From assembly GCA_027487075.1 (NCBI GenBank), contig JAIYEG010000010.1, forward strand, positions 111,270 to 175,269: a DNA stretch of 64,000 nt. The letters are read 5' to 3'. Below the pieces are notes generated by a model, which had not been told where the DNA came from, ran no database searches, and was given only the letters and a program-made list of their open reading frames with translations. Positions 59,131 through 64,000 of the stretch are shown piece by piece (position 1 is the first letter of the stretch; every line of letters begins with the position of its first letter). The position numbers were made by a program, and so were the translations under genes. This DNA comes from a bacterium (GTDB lineage Bacteria; Patescibacteriota; Minisyncoccia; Phycocordibacterales; CALRBL01).

Positions 59131-60339
59131 CTAGGTAATAGGTAAGGTGATATGCACATGTGTTCCTTTTCCCTCTTTTGATTCAAGAAAAATAGTGCCT
59201 TTATGCAATTCAATAATTCGTTTTGCAGTGTACGTCCCAATCCCGCTTCGATTTGGCTCAAGCTTTTCAGCCTCATGACCACGATATAAACGCTCAAAAA
59301 TAAGTGAGAGTTCAGCACTAGGTATGCCAATACCAGTATCTGCGACATCAATATGAATCTCTCGGTGGTGTAGCGACATTCGAATCTCCACATGTCCATC
59401 AGGGCTATACATGCATGCATTCTCAATAATATTACTTAATGCAAGCGTCAACATGCTCTTATTTGCTTTAGTGACCAGCGAATCGGGGGTCACCAGCGTC
59501 AATTGCACATGCTTTCGCTTGATTAACTCATCATGAGACTCAACAATGTGCTTTATAATATCAACTATATTCACTACTTCAGGAAGCACAATGGCATGAT
59601 TATCCAACTGAATCGAGCGAAGCAATTCATCAACGACTGATTGCGCGTGTTGCACCTGTATGAGACCTTTTTGAGCAACATCAAACACGTCTTTAGGTAA
59701 AGACTTATGTTCGAGTAATGTAGTAAATGCATATGAAGCATCGGTGAGCGGTGTATGGAGACGCTGAGATGCGATTGTCATAAAGTCACTCTTTATACGC
59801 TCAACTTCCATCAAACGATCAAAATTTGCATGAATCGCTTCTTTATCAATCACCAAGCGCGTAATTAAATACATGACTAACATTAAAATAAACGTGGTAA
59901 ATGCATGACGCACCACAAACTCAGGATGAACTGATGAGCTTTGCACAAAAAGCGACAAGAGAAAGATCACAATAACTACTGCTGTCACCACCACATCTCT
60001 CACCTTAAGATCTACTGCAGCAACCAGAATAGGAAATACAAAAAGATAGGTCACCACACTTGCAATCCCTCCAGAATTTATGACAAGCAACGAAAAGAAA
60101 AGTACCCATATATATCGATATATAGTAAATATAAGAGGATGACGATACGTCTTACGTATCAATAAAAAAATAACATTACAAATTCCAATATATGCAAATA
60201 ACCACAACACGATACGTGGTTCACCAAAAAAAGTAAAAAGCTCAGGACGAGTAACCAACGAAATTCCCGTCACGCAGACCGCCAATAGACCGATGGTCTC
60301 TATGGTTTTGTAATACCGTGTGAGCTTATGATTAGTCAT
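59131..60339 (-). CDS. Membrane sensor histidine kinase-like protein with atypical H-box
   Basis: TM region; H-box reads SQRLHTPL; N (NIIENA), G1 (DTGIGI), F (IFERLY) and G2 (SGIGT) boxes. Confidence 0.85.
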   Translation of the reverse strand: MTNHKLTRYYKTIETIGLLAVCVTGISLVTRPELFTFFGEPRIVLWLFAYIGICNVIFLLIRKTYRHPLIFTIYRYIWVLFFSLLVINSGGIASVVTYLFVFPILVAAVDLKVRDVVVTAVVIVIFLLSLFVQSSSVHPEFVVRHAFTTFILMLVMYLITRLVIDKEAIHANFDRLMEVERIKSDFMTIASQRLHTPLTDASYAFTTLLEHKSLPKDVFDVAQKGLIQVQHAQSVVDELLRSIQLDNHAIVLPEVVNIVDIIKHIVESHDELIKRKHVQLTLVTPDSLVTKANKSMLTLALSNIIENACMYSPDGHVEIRMSLHHREIHIDVADTGIGIPSAELSLIFERLYRGHEAEKLEPNRSGIGTYTAKRIIELHKGTIFLESKEGKGTHVHITLPIT

Positions 60340-61255
60340 GTAAAGAAAACTTCATATCACGGACAAGCTGATCAAAGCTCAACATCTTGCGATGATCTCT
60401 TACTTCTTTTGCCATAGTGATTGCTTTATCAAAGTAATTTAACCGTTTTGTAAGTGCAGGCACCACTGCTTTGGGAAACGCTTCGACCTCTTTTTCAGCT
60501 AAAGCAGCGCGGCCTTCTGCAAAAGCGACTTGAGATTCTGCCCATGCCACCATGCGTCCTCTATAATATCCTTTAGTGAGCGTATCAATACGGTGACCAC
60601 GTTGTACTGCTTCACGGATATCTACGTTCTCTTCTCTAAACAGCTCATCTCCCGTTCGAATATACGACTCTGCCCCATCGAGCCCTGCTCCGCATATATC
60701 AGCAAGCGCAAGCGCCCTTGTCACCACTGATGATTCCGGTGTTAGGTGCGGCTGAACCACGGTCATATGTTCAAGATTAAAATCAGGAATCGTTGCCACA
60801 ATTGCCTCTTCTACCACACGCATATCTTCAGGAGAAAAAATCTCTTCACCCGCTTCTTCATTGCATGCTTCCATATATGCAATCGCTTCACGTGCACTTG
60901 CACGCTCATTGTCACCCCGCATTTTCTGGGCAATCTTTTTTATAAACGGCTTTGGATGATCTGCGATAATCTCTTTCTTTTCTACAACGTTGAACTGTTG
61001 TTCGGTGTCGTGACGCGCTGCTGCAAACCTCCCCAAAGAAACATCATGTGCTGTAGCAACTCCCGCTTCAACACATACGTCAAGAATGCTTTGTACACGA
61101 CGCATTACATCTTCAGTATGAGCCACATGATGATACGGCAATTCCTTTTCATTCAAACGTGAGCGGATAAGCTCACGTGCTTCTTGAATTCCCCTCTCTA
61201 TCGCGGCTTCGAATTGTGGTTCTTGTTCGTGAGTGTGAGGTCGTTCTGGTTTCAT
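60332..61255 (-). CDS. HD-superfamily phosphohydrolase
   Basis: LPYHH..HT, AA.HD, I.AT, LAD, L.RE; overlaps the kinase start. Confidence 0.75.
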   Translation of the reverse strand: MKPERPHTHEQEPQFEAAIERGIQEARELIRSRLNEKELPYHHVAHTEDVMRRVQSILDVCVEAGVATAHDVSLGRFAAARHDTEQQFNVVEKKEIIADHPKPFIKKIAQKMRGDNERASAREAIAYMEACNEEAGEEIFSPEDMRVVEEAIVATIPDFNLEHMTVVQPHLTPESSVVTRALALADICGAGLDGAESYIRTGDELFREENVDIREAVQRGHRIDTLTKGYYRGRMVAWAESQVAFAEGRAALAEKEVEAFPKAVVPALTKRLNYFDKAITMAKEVRDHRKMLSFDQLVRDMKFSLHD

Positions 61256-61270
61256 ATCAGTATGATATGT

Positions 61271-61909
61271 CTACTTCGTCTGCTTGTAAAACCACGCGCC
61301 TCCAGCAAGTGTGGCAATGGTACCCACGATCACCATAGCAGATATTGCGAGAGGTGAAGGATCAAAGGTAAAGAATACTCCTGCAGACACAAGTACCACC
61401 GTAAGGGGAAGACCGACAATCACGTGAACAAGAATAAACTGTAGATATGACATTTTAGTAAGACCCGCTGCATAACACACCACCTCAGGCATCGGACTAA
61501 AGCATACACGCGCAAAAATATATCCTCTGAGTGATCCGAGCTTCGTAAGAATTTTTTGCATAAGCACATTTTCTTCTTTGATGAAGCGCGACGCAATGCG
61601 TATACCATAATGACGTGAGATATAAAACGCGATGGTGCCTCCAAGTGCATCGCCGATCATAAGCACCGTTAGACCTTGCCAAAATCCAAACACGGCACCG
61701 GCAACAGGATACAACGCTGCTCCTGACAAAGGTGCAAAGACGATCGTCGCTGCTTTTGAAAGCACGAACATAAGTGGAGCGAGCACCCCAAAACGTGCCA
61801 CAAAACTTTGCACGTCCGCCAAGTCAAAATAGGTAAAAGCGATATAAATGAGCGCGAAGACAATCGCGAGTGAGACCACATTCTCAATAACGTCTTTGTA
61901 CTTTTTCAC
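61271..61909 (-). CDS. TVP38/TMEM64 (VTT/DedA-like) membrane protein
   Basis: G..FGFWQG, G.TIAFYISR.YG, R...P.......YAAGLT.M. Start moved to GTG 61909 because the ORF-track start lies in the intron. Confidence 0.85.
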   Translation of the reverse strand: MKKYKDVIENVVSLAIVFALIYIAFTYFDLADVQSFVARFGVLAPLMFVLSKAATIVFAPLSGAALYPVAGAVFGFWQGLTVLMIGDALGGTIAFYISRHYGIRIASRFIKEENVLMQKILTKLGSLRGYIFARVCFSPMPEVVCYAAGLTKMSYLQFILVHVIVGLPLTVVLVSAGVFFTFDPSPLAISAMVIVGTIATLAGGAWFYKQTK

Positions 61910-61911
61910 TG

Positions 61912-62178
61912 AGCCGTTGATCGGGATTGAACCGATGACCTTTTCCTTCGTTGATACCTCCACTTCGCAGTGCTTATAGGAGGACTAGACTGTATCTTAC
62001 GCATACTCTTATGAGTGAAGCGCCCCTTGTCAGTCGTTCGGGCTCATAGATAATCTATCGCCACGGTCTTACCCACGTGTGTGGACTTTAACCGTTATTC
62101 GGGCTTCATTCTGCAGTTTCCCGCAGAGAGGGCTATGCAATAACCATGGAAATGCTCTACCAACTGAGCTACAACGGC
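61912..62178 (-). tRNA. tRNA-Thr(GGU), split by a group I intron (exons 62143-62178 and 61912-61948)
   Basis: Joining the 36-nt and 37-nt exons gives a 73-nt cloverleaf: GCCGTTG/CAACGGC, TTTCC-ATGGT|AA-GGAAA, GGTTCAATCCC. Confidence 0.93.
61949..62142 (-). ncRNA. Group I self-splicing intron, 194 nt, no ORF
   Basis: 5' exon ends in U and intron ends in G. P1 GGU|UAU-UGC-AUAGCC places a U.G pair at the splice site. P4 ACGGU/ACCGU; P7 GACUG/CAGUC with J8/7 UAAGAUA; P2 with GAAA loop. Confidence 0.92.
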
Positions 62179-62210
62179 TTGTAACGTGCCAACGCATAGT
62201 ACCCGATTTA

Positions 62211-62798
62211 TTAAATATTTTCAATAACCTTACTAATAGAGGTTTTAAGCTTCATATTATTGAAATACACCGTCAAAACCCCATGTTCAGATTTTCTACC
62301 ATAACTACCCTTTCCTCTTATCTGACTCACCACAATTGATGGATAAAAGTAGTCTAAACTAAAACCCAATTCCTTAGACCAAAATTGAAGAGCGACATTT
62401 GGATCAATATCGTTAAATATTTGTAAACCAAACCTCAACTTAGTGGCATCAATTTTATAAGTGTGTATTAAAAATTTTATGAACATTTTTATCAAACTCG
62501 GATCAGTATTTCCCAACCTTACTGAATACTTATTCCTTTTATTACCCTCACCCCAAAATAATCCAATACCTAAACCAAATAAAAAATCATCATAATTACT
62601 AATGTTTTGCGGAAGAGTAAATGGATCACCTTTTATATTGTTTTTAATATAAATTGATTCTGAAATTGATCTTTTCTCAATATTAAATTTTTTCAACCAG
62701 TAATTTACTTTTGAAACTGTGTAATTTACATCAAGCGCGATTTCAGCAGCTGATTTTTTATTACTTACATATTCTCTATACAAGTATTCTTTATCCAC
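62211..62798 (-). CDS. Free-standing HTH + LAGLIDADG-like protein (AT-rich)
   Basis: N-terminal HTH (KSAAEIA..VNYTVSKVNYWLKK); GLGIGLFWGEG resembles a LAGLIDADG helix, followed by V.L.NTDP.LI..F..FL. Confidence 0.65.
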   Translation of the reverse strand: MDKEYLYREYVSNKKSAAEIALDVNYTVSKVNYWLKKFNIEKRSISESIYIKNNIKGDPFTLPQNISNYDDFLFGLGIGLFWGEGNKRNKYSVRLGNTDPSLIKMFIKFLIHTYKIDATKLRFGLQIFNDIDPNVALQFWSKELGFSLDYFYPSIVVSQIRGKGSYGRKSEHGVLTVYFNNMKLKTSISKVIENI

Positions 62799-62838
62799 TC
62801 ATTTATTATGAGTTCTCAAGATAAAGAAAACATAAAGA

Positions 62839-63462
62839 CTAATCCTTCACCGCCTCAACCAATGCCTTATGAATGATATTGGTACTTGCAGGAACGAGAT
62901 TGAAGAGGATTCCTGCAGCAAACAGCACGATAGAAATCACCGGACTAATAAACGAAAGCACCACTCCGAAGAGCGCTGTCACCACCGGAAAAAGAATACG
63001 CACATACCCACTCACTTTTTCGTCAAGATGAAATTGCTCGGTCTCTATCTTAGGATGTTCTTCGATATAGCGACGCATAAAGAAGAGGGTCATACCGATG
63101 AGAATAACGTTTGTACCATAGATAATGATGGCGGCTTGATTATAGACATGCTCACCAAGAAGACCCGCAGTGAATGGCACGAGTACAATGAGGAAGAAAA
63201 AGAGTGCATTCCAGTTTGCAAGACCGACGTTCAACGTCTTTGCATAGACTGACACCAAAAAGTGATGAGCGCGCCAGTACGTAAAGAGAAGTGCAAATGA
63301 AAGGGTGAGGCTCACGAAGACATGTGACATGTTGACAACCGCAATCCAGATGTCAGTAGGATCCACAATATTGCCATGAGGCACCTTGAGCTCAAAAGCA
63401 AGGATAGTCATAACGATGGCAAAGATTCCGTCGGCGAGGCCGTTCAAGCGCTGTTGTTGCAT
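62839..63462 (-). CDS. TMEM175 family (DUF1211) channel
   Basis: RL..LADGIFAIVMTIL, SF......W..HH, PF.A.L. Confidence 0.9.
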   Translation of the reverse strand: MQQQRLNGLADGIFAIVMTILAFELKVPHGNIVDPTDIWIAVVNMSHVFVSLTLSFALLFTYWRAHHFLVSVYAKTLNVGLANWNALFFFLIVLVPFTAGLLGEHVYNQAAIIIYGTNVILIGMTLFFMRRYIEEHPKIETEQFHLDEKVSGYVRILFPVVTALFGVVLSFISPVISIVLFAAGILFNLVPASTNIIHKALVEAVKD

Positions 63463-63487
63463 ACCGTTTTTAGTATATCATAAGCAC

Positions 63488-64000
63488 ATGACCGATATCA
63501 CCGTTTTCAACACACCGTCACGCGCTAAAAAAGTATTTGCTCCACTCAAAGAGGGCGAGGTGCGCATCTATCACTGTGGACCAACGGTGTATCACTTCCA
63601 ACACATCGGCAACATGCGACGCTTTATTTTTGCCGACCTTGTACACCGACTATTTCTTGCACATCACTACAACGTACAGCAGATCATCAACATCACCGAT
63701 GTAGGCCACCTCGTATCGGATCAGAATGACGGCGAAGACAAAATGGAAAAAGGAGCAAAGCGCGAGGGCAAAACCGCACAAGAAATTGCGGCGATGTACA
63801 CCGCTGATTTCATGGAAGATTTGAAGCTCCTCAAGATCAGCACCGAGGACACCCGCTTCCCGAAAGCCACCGAGCACATCCCTGAGCAGATTGCGATGAT
63901 TCAATCACTCGAAGAAAAGGGGTTCACTTATCAAATTACGGATGGTATCTACTTCGACACCTCAAAAGACGAGCACTACCCCGACTTCGCACATCTTGAT
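63488..64000 (+). CDS. cysS: Cysteine--tRNA ligase, 5' part (runs off the window)
   Basis: Read by hand: MTDITVFNT...YHCGPTVY..QHIGN...NITDVGH....DGEDK...DGIYFD. Confidence 0.95.
   Translation, partial: MTDITVFNTPSRAKKVFAPLKEGEVRIYHCGPTVYHFQHIGNMRRFIFADLVHRLFLAHHYNVQQIINITDVGHLVSDQNDGEDKMEKGAKREGKTAQEIAAMYTADFMEDLKLLKISTEDTRFPKATEHIPEQIAMIQSLEEKGFTYQITDGIYFDTSKDEHYPDFAHLD

Noticed and set aside
1-64000. Alternative genetic code (UGA=Gly, as in Gracilibacteria/Absconditabacteria)
   Set aside because: Conserved genes are full length under code 11 and several end at TGA (for example htpX and obg).

Overview
This 64 kb bacterial chromosomal segment is almost entirely minus-strand coding. Gene content and style point to a Patescibacteria/CPR (Parcubacteria-like) genome using genetic code 11: shortened Tsf, RF2 and SecA, CPR-type surface proteins, and a -10 box 6-9 nt before many start codons. 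This assignment is inference, not a database result. Housekeeping content includes tsf-rpsB-prfA-rpmE, rplY, a glycolysis/pentose-phosphate cluster, gatB, obg, uppP, secA, a class Ic-type nrdAB, ftsEX, prfB and partial cysS. There are five tRNA genes (Ser-GGA, Thr-UGU, Gln-CUG, Thr-CGU, Thr-GGU) and one tRNA/tmRNA-TLD-like RNA. The main highlights are: (1) tRNA-Thr(GGU) split at 36/37 by a 194-nt ORF-less group I intron, directly downstream of an AT-rich free-standing HTH+LAGLIDADG-like gene, a candidate collaborative-homing or trans-maturase module; (2) a dispersed structured palindromic element family with covarying stems, two members of which sit at tRNA 3' ends; (3) a 69-nt RNA shaped like the tRNA-like domain of tmRNA, followed by a 15-nt antisense copy of its central arm; (4) an orphan leuA with a complete Leu-rich attenuator, bracketed by a repeated stop-codon/terminator module; (5) four CDSs starting 2-15 nt after tRNA 3' ends; and (6) two unannotated very basic small proteins.
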